A stretch of 22,909 nucleotides of DNA, from contig CAYXUA010000003.1 in NCBI GenBank assembly GCA_964468015.1, positions 1 through 22,909 of the forward strand, in the 5' to 3' direction. The notes under the pieces are model-generated. The model was not told the origin of the DNA and made no database searches. It saw only the letters and a program-made list of their open reading frames with translations. A program made the position numbers and the translations under genes. Origin of the DNA: an uncultured Clostridium sp. (GTDB taxonomy: Bacteria; Bacillota; Clostridia; TANB77; CAG-508). Shown here in pieces: positions 8,597 to 19,041 of the stretch; the first letter of the stretch is position 1; every line of letters starts with the position of its first letter.

Positions 8597-10312
8597 TTAT
8601 ACTTTTTTTAATTCCTCAAATCTCTTTACTTTTTGTGTTGTTGTTTTTATTAATGGCTCTGTTGTTATTACTATATCTTTTATGTGCTTGTAAATTGGTA
8701 AGCCTTGATTAATTTTCTTTATTTCTTCCCAAATCATGGCTTTGTATTCTTCTTGTGTTTTTTCTCCTAGCATCTCTTTTGCTATTGTTTCATCATATAC
8801 TATTTTTGCACAAAGCATTGTATCTGTTGTACTTTGTTCTCTTGAATATACCATTGATTCTGATATGTATGGAACTTTGTTTATTATAAATTCAATTTCT
8901 TGAGGATATACATTTTTTCCATTTTTTAATACTATTATGTCTTTTTTTCTACCTGTTACATATACAAAATTCTCTTTATCTATGTAGCCATAATCTCCTG
9001 TTCTAAACCATCCGTCTTGTAATACGGCTCTTGTTTCTTCTTCATTATTGTAATATCCTAGCATTATGTTTGGACCTTTTGCCAGAATTTCACCTATTCC
9101 TTCTTCATTTGGGTTGTCTATTTTTACTTCGATATTATCAAGTGGATATCCAACTGAACCAGGTCTTGTTCTTGTTTCACTTTCTGCTGTTATTACTGGT
9201 GATGTTTCTGTTAGCCCATATCCTTGAATTAATTTTATTCCAAAATTATTTAAACCTATTATTGTTTCTTTATTCATTGGTGCTCCACCATATAAAACAA
9301 CTCTTAATTTTCCTCCAAAGCTTTCTAATACTTGATTAAATAGTTTTCTTCTTATATCTATATTAACTTTTAATAAAGCATTTGATACTTTAGTTGCTGT
9401 TCCTATTAATTTGTCTTTTCCTTGGTCATTTATTGTTTTTACAATTTTCTTATACATTGTTTCTAGAACTAATGGTACAGCTACAAATATTGACACTTCA
9501 TATTCTTTTAGATTTTTTTGTATGTGTTTTAAGCCATCACAGAAAGCCACTGTAACACCACTATAGAATCCATATAAGAATGTTATGCTACATTCGAATG
9601 TATGATGTATTGGTAAGAATGATAGCATTGTATCTGTTGGTAACATTTTAAAGTGATTTGGATAATTGCAAAAATTGCTACATACATTGTTTTGTGATAA
9701 CATTACTGCTTTTGGAGCATTTGTTGTTCCTGAAGTAAATAGCATTATTGACATTTTATCTTTGTCAATTTCTATTTCTTCATATTGTCTATCCCCTTCT
9801 TCTCTTAGCTTTCTTCCTTTTTCTAAAATAGTACTAAAATTTTGTACTTGTTCTTCTTCTGTATCATCCATACAAATCAAAAATTTCACACTATTGTCTG
9901 ACTTTGTTCTTATGCTTTGCATTACCTCCATATATTTTTTATCAAATATAACAACCTCTGCTTCGCTTCTTCTTACTAAAGTCTCAATTTCATTGTTTGG
10001 TAATGCTTTATCTAGTGGAACTATTACCATGTCTCCACAAGTTACAGCTAAGTAACTTACGCACCATTCATATCTATTGCCGCCTATTAATACTACATTC
10101 TTTCCTCTTAATCCTAAATTTAGTAAAGCTGTACTAAATGCCTTTATGTCACTTACTGTTTGACCATATGTTTTTTCTATGTATTCTGGCTCTTTCGCTG
10201 TATAGTCCTTCTTGTATTTATACGCTACGTTGCTTCCATATAGAGTATTAGAATTCTCTACTAATTCTCTGTAGTTGTTTACTATTTTATTTGCATTTTC
10301 TTCTTTCTTCAT
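8597..10312 (-). CDS. AMP-binding long-chain acyl-CoA synthetase-like ligase
   Basis: IMLFTSGTTNAPKAVMLSQNN, YGLTETSPV, GWFRTGDYGYIDKENFVYVTGRKKDIIVLKNGKNVYP. Confidence 0.9.
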   Translation of the reverse strand: MKKEENANKIVNNYRELVENSNTLYGSNVAYKYKKDYTAKEPEYIEKTYGQTVSDIKAFSTALLNLGLRGKNVVLIGGNRYEWCVSYLAVTCGDMVIVPLDKALPNNEIETLVRRSEAEVVIFDKKYMEVMQSIRTKSDNSVKFLICMDDTEEEQVQNFSTILEKGRKLREEGDRQYEEIEIDKDKMSIMLFTSGTTNAPKAVMLSQNNVCSNFCNYPNHFKMLPTDTMLSFLPIHHTFECSITFLYGFYSGVTVAFCDGLKHIQKNLKEYEVSIFVAVPLVLETMYKKIVKTINDQGKDKLIGTATKVSNALLKVNIDIRRKLFNQVLESFGGKLRVVLYGGAPMNKETIIGLNNFGIKLIQGYGLTETSPVITAESETRTRPGSVGYPLDNIEVKIDNPNEEGIGEILAKGPNIMLGYYNNEEETRAVLQDGWFRTGDYGYIDKENFVYVTGRKKDIIVLKNGKNVYPQEIEFIINKVPYISESMVYSREQSTTDTMLCAKIVYDETIAKEMLGEKTQEEYKAMIWEEIKKINQGLPIYKHIKDIVITTEPLIKTTTQKVKRFEELKKV

Positions 10313-10378
10313 ATTATTACACCTCTTTCATATTTGTTTATTTTATATCAATTTTTACTTTTTTTCAATAGAAGCAAA

Positions 10379-10416
10379 AAAATATAGCATATATTTTAAA
10401 AAATATGCTATATTTT
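10379..10416 (-). terminator. rho-independent terminator downstream of ftsH
   Basis: 14-bp stem AAAATATAGCATAT / ATATGCTATATTTT, followed by a T-run on the minus strand. Confidence 0.75.
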
Positions 10417-10428
10417 ATATTTTATATT

Positions 10429-12240
10429 TTATCTGAAAAATTCTTCGAATTCTTCTGCTGATATTACTTCCTTTTCCATCAATCTTTGAGCAACTTGATG
10501 TAATTTATCCATATTATTCAATAATATTGTTTGAGCTCTTTCATAAGCAGTATCTATCAATGCTCTTATTTCTTCTCCTACTACATCGCCTATATCTTCT
10601 CCAAATATTTGTAGTTCATATGGTTCGTTTGTTTTTAGCGATACTGGACCTAATTTGTCACTCATTCCATATATTGTTATCATATCTTTTGCTATTCCTG
10701 TTGCTACTTCTAGGTCGTTGCTTGCTCCTGTTGATATGTCATTTAATGATACTTTTTCTGCCGCTCTTCCTCCAAGTAATGCTACAAGTTTTTCTTCCAT
10801 TTCCGTTTTTGATATATAGTATTTATCTTCATTGGTTTTATACATTGTGTATCCGCCTGCTAGTCCTCTTGGTATTATTGATATTTCTTTTACATCTGTT
10901 TGTGTTCCTAAATATTTACTTACTATTGCATGCCCTGCCTCATGGTATGCTGTTAATTTTTTATCTTTGTCTGACATTACTCTGCTTTGTTTTTCTATTC
11001 CTACTGTAACCTTCTTTACAGCTTCCTCTAAATCGTCCTTTGTTATTTCATCATGTTTGTGTCTTGTTGCAATTATTGCTGCTTCATTTAATACATTTGC
11101 AAGTTCTGCTCCTGTAAATCCTGCTGTATCTCCTGCTATTTCTGTCATATTAATATCTAGTGCAAATTTCTTGTTTGCTGCATGTATTTTTAGAATTTCT
11201 TCTCTTCCTTTTAAGTCTGGTGGTGCTATTGTTATTTGTCTGTCAAATCTTCCTGGTCTTAATAGTGCCTTATCCAACATTTCTGGCCTGTTTGTTGCTG
11301 CTAGCACTATTACTGTTTCGTCTGATTCAAATCCATCCATTTCAACTAGTAATTGGTTTAATGTTTGGTTATTTTCAGTTTCAGCTCCTCCTGAACTTGC
11401 TCTTCTTGCTCCTATTGCATCTATTTCATCTATGAATACTATACATGGTGATATTTTTTTAGCTTTTTCGAATAATTTTCTTACTCTTGAAGCTCCAAGT
11501 CCAGCAAACATTTCTATGAATTCTGAACCACTCATTGATATAAATGGTACTCCTGCTTCTCCTGCTATTGCTTTTGCTATTAAGGTTTTTCCTGTTCCTG
11601 GTTTTCCATATAATAGTATTCCTCTTGGAATTTTTGCTCCCATCTCTTTATATCTTTTTGGATTTTTTAAGAAATCGACTATTTCTATCATTTCATTTTT
11701 TTCTTCATCTAAACCTGCAACATCATCGAAAGTTACATCTGTCTTATTCTCATCTACTCCATAAACTTTTCCTTTTTCACCAAGTCCTTGCATTTTAAAC
11801 AACATTATGAATAGTGCTAGTATTAGAAGTGTTGGTAGTAAAGACATAAAAGTGCTAAATACTATTTTCAATGGACTTTGTGGATTTTGAATAAGTTCTA
11901 TTTCATTTCCTTCTTCCACTTTTCCTTGCACTAATTCTATAAAAGCTTGTATGCTTGGCACTATTGCTGATTTTTCTTCTTCTTCATCTTTTATCTTAAT
12001 TTTTATATTTTGACTTCCTGTTGTCATTTCTATTTTTTCAATAGTACCCTCATCCATCATTTTTATTAGCTCTGTATATGCAATATCTTTTTCTTCTTCC
12101 TCTGCGTTTGCATTATTTGCATTTACATACCATATTATTCCCACTGATACTAGAGCTATAATTAATATTACTGCTAACAAAATATATTGTTTTATTTTAC
12201 GGTTTTTATTTTCTTTCTCGTTATTTTTATTCTCTTTCAT
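10429..12240 (-). CDS. ftsH: ATP-dependent zinc metalloprotease FtsH
   Basis: Two TM segments; Walker A GPPGTGKT-type (YGKPGTGKTL); SRH region; HEAGHA zinc site. Confidence 0.96.
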   Translation of the reverse strand: MKENKNNEKENKNRKIKQYILLAVILIIALVSVGIIWYVNANNANAEEEEKDIAYTELIKMMDEGTIEKIEMTTGSQNIKIKIKDEEEEKSAIVPSIQAFIELVQGKVEEGNEIELIQNPQSPLKIVFSTFMSLLPTLLILALFIMLFKMQGLGEKGKVYGVDENKTDVTFDDVAGLDEEKNEMIEIVDFLKNPKRYKEMGAKIPRGILLYGKPGTGKTLIAKAIAGEAGVPFISMSGSEFIEMFAGLGASRVRKLFEKAKKISPCIVFIDEIDAIGARRASSGGAETENNQTLNQLLVEMDGFESDETVIVLAATNRPEMLDKALLRPGRFDRQITIAPPDLKGREEILKIHAANKKFALDINMTEIAGDTAGFTGAELANVLNEAAIIATRHKHDEITKDDLEEAVKKVTVGIEKQSRVMSDKDKKLTAYHEAGHAIVSKYLGTQTDVKEISIIPRGLAGGYTMYKTNEDKYYISKTEMEEKLVALLGGRAAEKVSLNDISTGASNDLEVATGIAKDMITIYGMSDKLGPVSLKTNEPYELQIFGEDIGDVVGEEIRALIDTAYERAQTILLNNMDKLHQVAQRLMEKEVISAEEFEEFFR

Positions 12241-12255
12241 GTCTTCCTCCCTTTT

Positions 12256-13257
12256 TTATGCTTCTGAGCCTTCTGGTTGCTCTCCACCATCTTTTTCTTC
12301 TTTCTCCTCTTTGTCCTTTTTCTTTTCTTTCTTCTCTTTTTCAGCTTCTTTCTCTTCCTCTAGTTCTCTTTTCACAATCTTTTGTACTTTCTCTATTTTT
12401 CCTATCTCAACTTGTTGTTTCATTAATTCTGAACGAATCATTAAAACTGCAGTTATGATATATATATATGGTATTGTTGTGTACATTATTGAAAAATATT
12501 CTATATTAAATCCTGTTATCAATTTTATTGGTACATATATAGCATTTAATAGAACTGATAATGTTATAGCATATACAGACATGTTGTAAGCTTGATTAAT
12601 TTTTAAGTTTACTCTTACTATTTTAGCTGTTAAATACCCTAGTATTGCTATTAATAAAGTTTCCATGAAGGTTGATAGTAAATATATTGCAAACATATAT
12701 ATTACAATACTTATAAAGAATGCTACATAAATAGTACCCATATTTGTATTATTTAATGTATCTTCTATACTTTGTTTTGTTATTTCACCTAGACTATTTG
12801 TATTTAATTCTTCATATGAATAAGTAGCTTGACCAGATAATCCATCTAATTGTAGTACCATTTTATCTCTTAAAAACATTACACCATTTTCGTACTTACT
12901 CATTTCTGCTATATATTCATTTGCTTTTGAATCATCACCTGATATTTCAGTATCTACAATTACAGATAATTGCATATTTTTATCTTCTCTTACTACACTT
13001 ACTACTTCATCTGCAACTAATGTATTGTTGCTAAATGTAAAATTGGGGAAATCTGTTTTAAATGTATCTACAAAAAATCCTGCCATTGAACCAAATTTAT
13101 ATACTGCTCCTAAAGTTATTATTACTGATAATAACAATATTAATTTCATGAAATATTTTACTGCAACTATAGTTTTCTCTTGCGCAAATTCTTGGTATTT
13201 TTCTATGTTAAATACTGCCCTTTTTAGTCTTTGAAAAAAGTTTATTTTTTTATCCAT
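12256..13257 (-). CDS. DUF1189-like multi-TM membrane protein with charged C-terminal tail
   Basis: MDKKINFFQRLKRAVFNIEKYQEFAQEKTIVAVKYFMKL... N-terminus, several TM helices and overall layout resemble the DUF1189 family. Confidence 0.65.
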   Translation of the reverse strand: MDKKINFFQRLKRAVFNIEKYQEFAQEKTIVAVKYFMKLILLLSVIITLGAVYKFGSMAGFFVDTFKTDFPNFTFSNNTLVADEVVSVVREDKNMQLSVIVDTEISGDDSKANEYIAEMSKYENGVMFLRDKMVLQLDGLSGQATYSYEELNTNSLGEITKQSIEDTLNNTNMGTIYVAFFISIVIYMFAIYLLSTFMETLLIAILGYLTAKIVRVNLKINQAYNMSVYAITLSVLLNAIYVPIKLITGFNIEYFSIMYTTIPYIYIITAVLMIRSELMKQQVEIGKIEKVQKIVKRELEEEKEAEKEKKEKKKDKEEKEEKDGGEQPEGSEA

Positions 13258-14366
13258 TATACATACTCCCTTCTAACTCCGCTATCCACATATAGTGGAT
13301 TTATATCTAGGTCTATTGTATCATTTATTTTTATGTTTTGACTATCTGTAATATCTATTGCTATATGATACATTCCAATTTTCCCTATAACTTTGTATTT
13401 TTTATTCGCTATTGTTACTTTTAGCTTTTTATCTTTGAAAAAATCTTTTACATCATTGTATAGGTACCTCATTTTATCTATTAACCTATATACATCTGGG
13501 TAGTTTCTAACATTGTAGCCATCAAAATATCCTACTGGTATTATTGCAACTGTAGTTTCTTTTTTGGTTTTGAAGGTGTTTGAATAACCAACATTGTGTC
13601 CCTTAGGCAATTTTTTTATTTCAGAAATTGTAGTTCTTAGCTTTCCTATTTTCTTTAAGCCAATTTCATTATTCACTAGTATTCTTCCCAAAAATGCTGA
13701 CCCAATTCTTACTGCATTTAAGTGCATTGATGGATATCTTAGAAATGCTGAAGAGTTGCAAATATGCAACATTCCTGTTTCGATTTTGTGGTTTTGTAAA
13801 GTTGATGTTACCGTTATAAATCTATCGAATTGTGTTTTAGTCCATTTCTCATTCTTTGAATATGATTGTGAAAAATGAGAATATGTGCCTTCTATTTTTA
13901 TGTTCGTTGTATTTTTTAATGCTTCTATTATCTTATCTGTATCTGTATCTGTATACATGAATCCATATCTTCCGAAACCTGTATCTATTTTTAAATGTGC
14001 CCTTATTGTTATATTAAATTTCCTTGCTAATTCATCAGCTAGCTTTAGAGCCTCTTCAGAACCTATTGTAAGTATTGCATTATTTTCTATTAGTAGCTTT
14101 GCATCTTCTTCTACACAAGTTGAAGATAACATTAATATATCTTCTTGTATCCCTGCTTCTCTTAATTTCACTACATCCTCTACTGTTGCAACCGCTAGTA
14201 GGTCTACTCCTTGGTCTATAAGAAACTTTGAATATTCTATTAATCCTAGTCCATATCCATTTCCTTTAACTACCGCAATTACTTTTGTTTCACTTTTTTT
14301 GGCTTGTTCTTTTATTTTGTTTATATTGTGTTTCAAATCATCTTTATTTATTATTAGTGCTTTCAA
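13257..14366 (-). CDS. alr: alanine racemase
   Basis: VIAVVKGNGYGLG (PLP-Lys region, AVVKxNxYGxG), HLKIDTGFGRYGF, RIGSAFLG, IGKIGMYHIAIDI. Confidence 0.93.
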   Translation of the reverse strand: MKALIINKDDLKHNINKIKEQAKKSETKVIAVVKGNGYGLGLIEYSKFLIDQGVDLLAVATVEDVVKLREAGIQEDILMLSSTCVEEDAKLLIENNAILTIGSEEALKLADELARKFNITIRAHLKIDTGFGRYGFMYTDTDTDKIIEALKNTTNIKIEGTYSHFSQSYSKNEKWTKTQFDRFITVTSTLQNHKIETGMLHICNSSAFLRYPSMHLNAVRIGSAFLGRILVNNEIGLKKIGKLRTTISEIKKLPKGHNVGYSNTFKTKKETTVAIIPVGYFDGYNVRNYPDVYRLIDKMRYLYNDVKDFFKDKKLKVTIANKKYKVIGKIGMYHIAIDITDSQNIKINDTIDLDINPLYVDSGVRREYV

Positions 14367-14377
14367 TAGTACACCTC

Positions 14378-15430
14378 TTATTTCAATATTTTAGCTTTTA
14401 AGCCTCTTAAGGTTCTAAATGTTTTTTCTGAGAATTTATATAGTTTGTACCATAATGGCTTGAACGCTATGTAAACTTCTCCTATAAATTCTGTGAATTC
14501 TGCTCCAAAACCTTTTTTAAATCTGTAAAGTCCATATTGTGGGTGGTTTTCATCAACTACTCCTGATACTCCTCTAAAATCGTACATATCATTTCCATTT
14601 GCTATTGCTTCCTTTATCATTGTCCACTGTAATAGATAGTTTGGCATTAGATTTCTATGTTCGTTACTACTTGCCCCATATAGATACCAAGTTTTGTTAC
14701 CGTACATTATTGGTATAATTCCTGCTATTGGTTTATCTTCATGATATGCCATAAGTAATTTCATATGATTTGGTACTAGCTCATCATACATTTTTTCAAA
14801 GTATGATAATGAACGGATTATAAAACCATCTCTTTGTCCTGTTGTTATCATTATATTATGGAAATCCTTTAGATCTTCTCTGGTTCCTTCCTTTATAACT
14901 ACACCTTTTTTAGTTGCTAGGCGTATGTTATATCTTGTTTTTTGGTGAAATCCAGCTAGTACTTCTTCCTCTGTTTTTCCTTTTAAATCTAGCCTAAATA
15001 CATATCTTGGCTGAATTTCTTCTCTAAAGTTTTTGGCATCATCTTTTATAGAATATCCTAATTCCGTTATTACTTTTCTAAATTCTTCATCATCACTTTT
15101 TATATCTGGTTCTATTTTAAATACAAATGCTTTGTATTTCTTTGCTATTTCTCTTGCTCCGTCTGTTAATTGTTGTAACACAACTTTATCATGTACATCA
15201 CAAACAGGACCTCTTGAGGAATACATAAGATGTCCAAAAATTGGTATCTTTCTAATTAATATACTAATTGAACCTATTATATTACCATTTTCATCCTCTG
15301 CAAGAACAATTTCGTTCTTCCAATTTTCCTTTACTTTAGCCCACTCTAATGACTGTTGAAAATTACATCTGTCATGTTTTTCCAAAAATTCTGTATAGGC
15401 TTGTTTATCTTTTTCTTCTAAAATTCTCAT
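14378..15430 (-). CDS. FemAB-type peptidoglycan bridge aminoacyltransferase (GNAT fold)
   Basis: QSLEWAKVKENW, YSSRGPVCD, NTRYNIRLATKKGV-like (QKTRYNIRLATKKGV), YLYGASSNEHRNLMPNYLLQWTMIKEAI, DFRGVSG...GLYRFKKGFGAEFTEFIGE. Confidence 0.92.
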   Translation of the reverse strand: MRILEEKDKQAYTEFLEKHDRCNFQQSLEWAKVKENWKNEIVLAEDENGNIIGSISILIRKIPIFGHLMYSSRGPVCDVHDKVVLQQLTDGAREIAKKYKAFVFKIEPDIKSDDEEFRKVITELGYSIKDDAKNFREEIQPRYVFRLDLKGKTEEEVLAGFHQKTRYNIRLATKKGVVIKEGTREDLKDFHNIMITTGQRDGFIIRSLSYFEKMYDELVPNHMKLLMAYHEDKPIAGIIPIMYGNKTWYLYGASSNEHRNLMPNYLLQWTMIKEAIANGNDMYDFRGVSGVVDENHPQYGLYRFKKGFGAEFTEFIGEVYIAFKPLWYKLYKFSEKTFRTLRGLKAKILK

Positions 15431-15541
15431 TCTCTTCCTCCGTATTATTATATGCTTATTTCCATATTTTACACTAATTTGTAAGATATTACAATAGTTT
15501 TATTGGAATTAGTGTATGGAAAAAGGATGTATATTATAGCC

Positions 15542-15665
15542 GCTCGAATGAATAAAGTATAAATAAAAATAAAATGTGATGGCTCCAAGCTTACGGGTAT
15601 TCCCCCGCCTCAAAGGGCTGTCGCTCATCACATTTTATTTTTATTTATACTTTATTCATTCGAGC
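15542..15665. repeat. 124-bp palindromic element with perfect 40-bp inverted arms and 44-nt GC-richer core
   Basis: 15542-15581 GCTCGAATGAATAAAGTATAAATAAAAATAAAATGTGATG is the exact reverse complement of 15626-15665. Confidence 0.95.
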
Positions 15666-15696
15666 TACTCTACTGGTTGTGATATGATATTTTACA

Positions 15697-18318
15697 TTAT
15701 ATATTATCCGTTCTCAATGCTTCTATTATATTTTCCTTTCTCATCTTCCTGCTTGAGTATATCATTGTTATAAATACTACTGCATATACCGCTATTATTG
15801 ATACTATTATGCTAAACCATGGTAGTCTGAATATGAATTCTATTCCATTTCCAAAACCTTGATTTATTAGGTAACAAATTAATACTCCTAGTGGTATCCC
15901 AAACAGTAGGGCTTTGCTTCCATAGAATATGCATTCTAGATTTAGCATCCTATTAAATTGTTTATCTGTCATTCCTATTGACTTAAGGTTTGCAAATTCT
16001 CTTCTTCTTAAATTTATATTTGTTGATATTGTGTTAAATATGTTTGATATTCCTATTGCTGATATTAAGGCTATAAATCCGTATAAGAATATTTCTATTA
16101 CTGTTTTTAAATTCTTTTGTATTAGTATATCTTCTGATACATTGTTTATATTCATTTCTACACTATTACATTCTGATTGTATTTCCTTTAGTTGATTATT
16201 AACATTTGATATATTGTTTGCATCTATATATATTCGTATACTTTGTAAATAATTTATGTTTTCAAATACTTTTAGTTCTTCAAAATATTTTTCACTTACT
16301 ATTGCATAGAAACCTAAATTATAATTCTGTTCTAAGCCCATTGGTGCCTTTTCGGTTAATTTAGCTATTTTCATTGTAGTAGTTTTTTCTATTACATTTT
16401 CCTCACCATTTGAATATTCAATTAAATTTAACTCATCGCCTTCTTTATACTTTACTATATTAGCTTCTATTCCTCGTGTTGTTAGCCAGTTTACTTTATT
16501 TATTATAATTGCCTCATTATCTTCTAGATTACTTACTCCAATTTCTTTTGCATATCTATTAAATTCTTCTTCATTCAAAACTACTGGGAATACATACATT
16601 TTATAAGTATTTTTATCTTCATTATAGTAGTATTCTCTATCATATTCATCTTCATCTATTACCTTTTTGACATTTTTATCTAATTTATCTGCTGGAATTT
16701 CAGTCATCATATAAAGTGATTGTACTGAAGATATTCGGTCTGCATCATATATTGACATTGTTTGATTATATATTTGGTTTAATTCTTCTTCTGCTTTTTG
16801 ATTTCTTCCGTATAGGGATACAGAAAAATCATAATCTACAGTGGTATACATTGAATCAAATCCTGTATACATATAACCTACAAAGCCACTTATTGATACG
16901 TATAACACTATACTTACTACTAGTGAAATTACTGTAGTTCTATATCTTTTCTTGGCTCTTTTTAGATTTTTTAGAGCTATTGTTCCTTCCATTCCAAAAA
17001 GTTTGTATATGAATTTAGGCGTTTTTAACTTTTTAGCCTTTGTTTTCACATCATCGGCTTGCCTTATTGCATCTATTGGGGTTATCTTACTTGCTCGCCT
17101 TGCTGGTAATACTACAGACATGTATATTGTAAATGCTATTAATACAACTGCTATTATTATTGCAGGCCATGACACTACTAATTGTAAATCCCATGAATAT
17201 GAATCAAAAACTGGTTTTAATAGCTCATTTACTATTTCCAGAGTAATTCCTATTCCACCAATTCCACATAGTATACCTATCGGAATTCCTATTGCTCCTA
17301 GTATTGCGCCTTCATATATTACAGATTTCCTTATTTGTTTTCGTGTTGCTCCAACTGATGATAACATTCCAAATTGTTTTTTTCTTTCAGATACAGATAT
17401 AGCAAAACTATTATATATAACCATTATTGAGCCGCCCATGATTACTGCTATTAAAACTCCACATACACTATACAACATCTCATTAAAGCCAGAAGTATCA
17501 TTTACCCCCATATATGCTAACAGACCTGTATTATAGGCTATGTTGTATACTTTTTCCCCATCTGATTGAACATTTATAACAGCTCCTATATAATCTCCTA
17601 ATTCCTCGGTCACTTTATATATTTCTTTTGGATTTTTAGTAATAACACCTACATTTAAGTTCGCATCATCTGTTAATGTACTTCTATCCATAATAGTTAT
17701 ACCAGCAGTATAGAAATCTTCTGAAGATTCGAAATATGGTCTACTTATTATTCCTGTTATTGTATATGTTTTTGTTCCTGTTTTTACAAATTCCAAATTA
17801 TCTGTAATATTTGTTGCTTTAGCCATATCAATTTCTTCGTTTTCTTCTAAATATCCCACATTTAAGGTTATTTTATCTCCTATACTTGGTTCATTATCTT
17901 TACCATCGAAAAAGCTTTGACTCAGTGCTATTTCATCACTATTTGTCGGCATTTCTCCTTTTATTATTTTTTCCCCAAGCTTTTCTATAGCATCCTCATC
18001 ATATTGCTCAATTCTAAGATATTCCTCATTTGAATATTCGTTTTGTGCCATGTATAAGGTTGAAGTTGCAAATGTATCTTTAAATTGATTATTAGTTTCT
18101 ATGTATTTTAAATCTGAATATGATACCTCTTTAAAAATAGCCTCCCATGAACCGCTTGCATCTTTTTCATATCCTATCAAAAAATTCTGGAAACTTACTG
18201 CTAATGTTGTTACTGCACTTATCATAGCTCCTGATAATATTATACCTATTATTGTAACCAATGTTCTTTTCTTATTAAGCTTTAGATAATTCCAAGTAAT
18301 CTTATTTAATATGTTCAT
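15697..18318 (-). CDS. ABC transporter permease, FtsX/MacB-type (BceB-like export or peptide-resistance system)
   Basis: N-terminal NKKRTLVTIIGIILSGAM; FtsX-like TM segments (GSIMVIYNSFAISVSERKKQFGMLSSVGATRKQI; YGFIALISAIGISNIFNTI...RRREFANLKSIGMTDKQFNRML); large extracytoplasmic domain. Confidence 0.9.
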   Translation of the reverse strand: MNILNKITWNYLKLNKKRTLVTIIGIILSGAMISAVTTLAVSFQNFLIGYEKDASGSWEAIFKEVSYSDLKYIETNNQFKDTFATSTLYMAQNEYSNEEYLRIEQYDEDAIEKLGEKIIKGEMPTNSDEIALSQSFFDGKDNEPSIGDKITLNVGYLEENEEIDMAKATNITDNLEFVKTGTKTYTITGIISRPYFESSEDFYTAGITIMDRSTLTDDANLNVGVITKNPKEIYKVTEELGDYIGAVINVQSDGEKVYNIAYNTGLLAYMGVNDTSGFNEMLYSVCGVLIAVIMGGSIMVIYNSFAISVSERKKQFGMLSSVGATRKQIRKSVIYEGAILGAIGIPIGILCGIGGIGITLEIVNELLKPVFDSYSWDLQLVVSWPAIIIAVVLIAFTIYMSVVLPARRASKITPIDAIRQADDVKTKAKKLKTPKFIYKLFGMEGTIALKNLKRAKKRYRTTVISLVVSIVLYVSISGFVGYMYTGFDSMYTTVDYDFSVSLYGRNQKAEEELNQIYNQTMSIYDADRISSVQSLYMMTEIPADKLDKNVKKVIDEDEYDREYYYNEDKNTYKMYVFPVVLNEEEFNRYAKEIGVSNLEDNEAIIINKVNWLTTRGIEANIVKYKEGDELNLIEYSNGEENVIEKTTTMKIAKLTEKAPMGLEQNYNLGFYAIVSEKYFEELKVFENINYLQSIRIYIDANNISNVNNQLKEIQSECNSVEMNINNVSEDILIQKNLKTVIEIFLYGFIALISAIGISNIFNTISTNINLRRREFANLKSIGMTDKQFNRMLNLECIFYGSKALLFGIPLGVLICYLINQGFGNGIEFIFRLPWFSIIVSIIAVYAVVFITMIYSSRKMRKENIIEALRTDNI

Positions 18319-18330
18319 TTACATCACCCC

Positions 18331-19012
18331 CTATTTAGTTCTTTCATCTTTAGCAATTTTTCCGTCCTCTATTGTTATAATTCTATCTGCTTCCAGAGCT
18401 ATTTGAGAGTCATGTGTTATCATAATTAAAGTTTGATTATATTTTTTATTTGAAAACTTAAGAAGTTCTACTATCTCCTTTGAATTCTTACTATCCAAAT
18501 TTCCTGTTGGTTCATCTGCTAAAATTATACTTGGATTATTTATTAAACTCCTTCCTATTGATACTCTTTGTTGCTGTCCTCCTGATAATTGATTTGGCAA
18601 ATGTGTTATTCTATTTTCTAGTCCTAAAGTTTTTACAATCTCATTTAATTTATCTTTTTCTATTTTCTTTCCATCCAATAATAATGGTAATGTTATGTTT
18701 TCTTCTACATTTAGTATAGGAATTAGATTATAAAATTGATATATTAAGCCTATCTGTCTTCTTCTAAATATCGCCAAGTTGTTATTATCTAGCTCATATA
18801 TATCTGTTCCATCTATATACACTTTTCCTGAACTTGGTCTATCAACCCCTCCTAAAATATGTAATAAAGTAGATTTTCCGTGAACCAGAAGGACCAATTA
18901 TAGCTACAAATTCGCCCTTTTCAACGCTAAAACTTATTCCGTCTAAAGCATTAACCTGTGTTTCTCCTTTACCATAAGTTTTTATTAGATTTTCAACCTT
19001 TAAAATTTCCAT
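18331..19012 (-). CDS. ABC transporter ATP-binding protein (LolD/MacB-type), in two frames joined by a +1 shift at 18880 (226 aa if one nt is skipped)
   Basis: N part MEILKVENLIKTYGKGETQVNALDGISFSVEKGEFVAIIGPSGS; C part GKSTLLHILGGVDRPSSGKVYIDGTD...LSGGQQQRVSIGRSLINNPSIILADEPTGNLDSK in the +1 frame. The shift falls inside Walker A. Confidence 0.92.
18877..18880 (-). other. putative +1 frameshift / quadruplet site CGGA in Walker A
   Basis: Minus strand zero frame GGT TCA CGG AAA ATC; skipping the C at 18880 gives GGT TCA GGA AAA TCT ACT = G S G K S T. Confidence 0.6.
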
Positions 19013-19041
19013 ATATATTACCTCCATTAGATATTGTGATA

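Noticed and set aside
10832-11764. Long plus-strand ORFs antisense to ftsH and other genes (e.g. 310 aa at 10832..11764; also 16952..17536, 13885..14394)
   Set aside because: These are mirror ORFs opposite strongly supported CDSs; their translations are low-complexity Ser/Leu/Ile-rich with no recognisable domain.
15542-15665. The 40-bp-arm palindrome as a simple rho-independent terminator or retron msr-msd
   Set aside because: Arms are too long and there is no adjacent T-run for a standard terminator; no reverse transcriptase gene is nearby for a retron.
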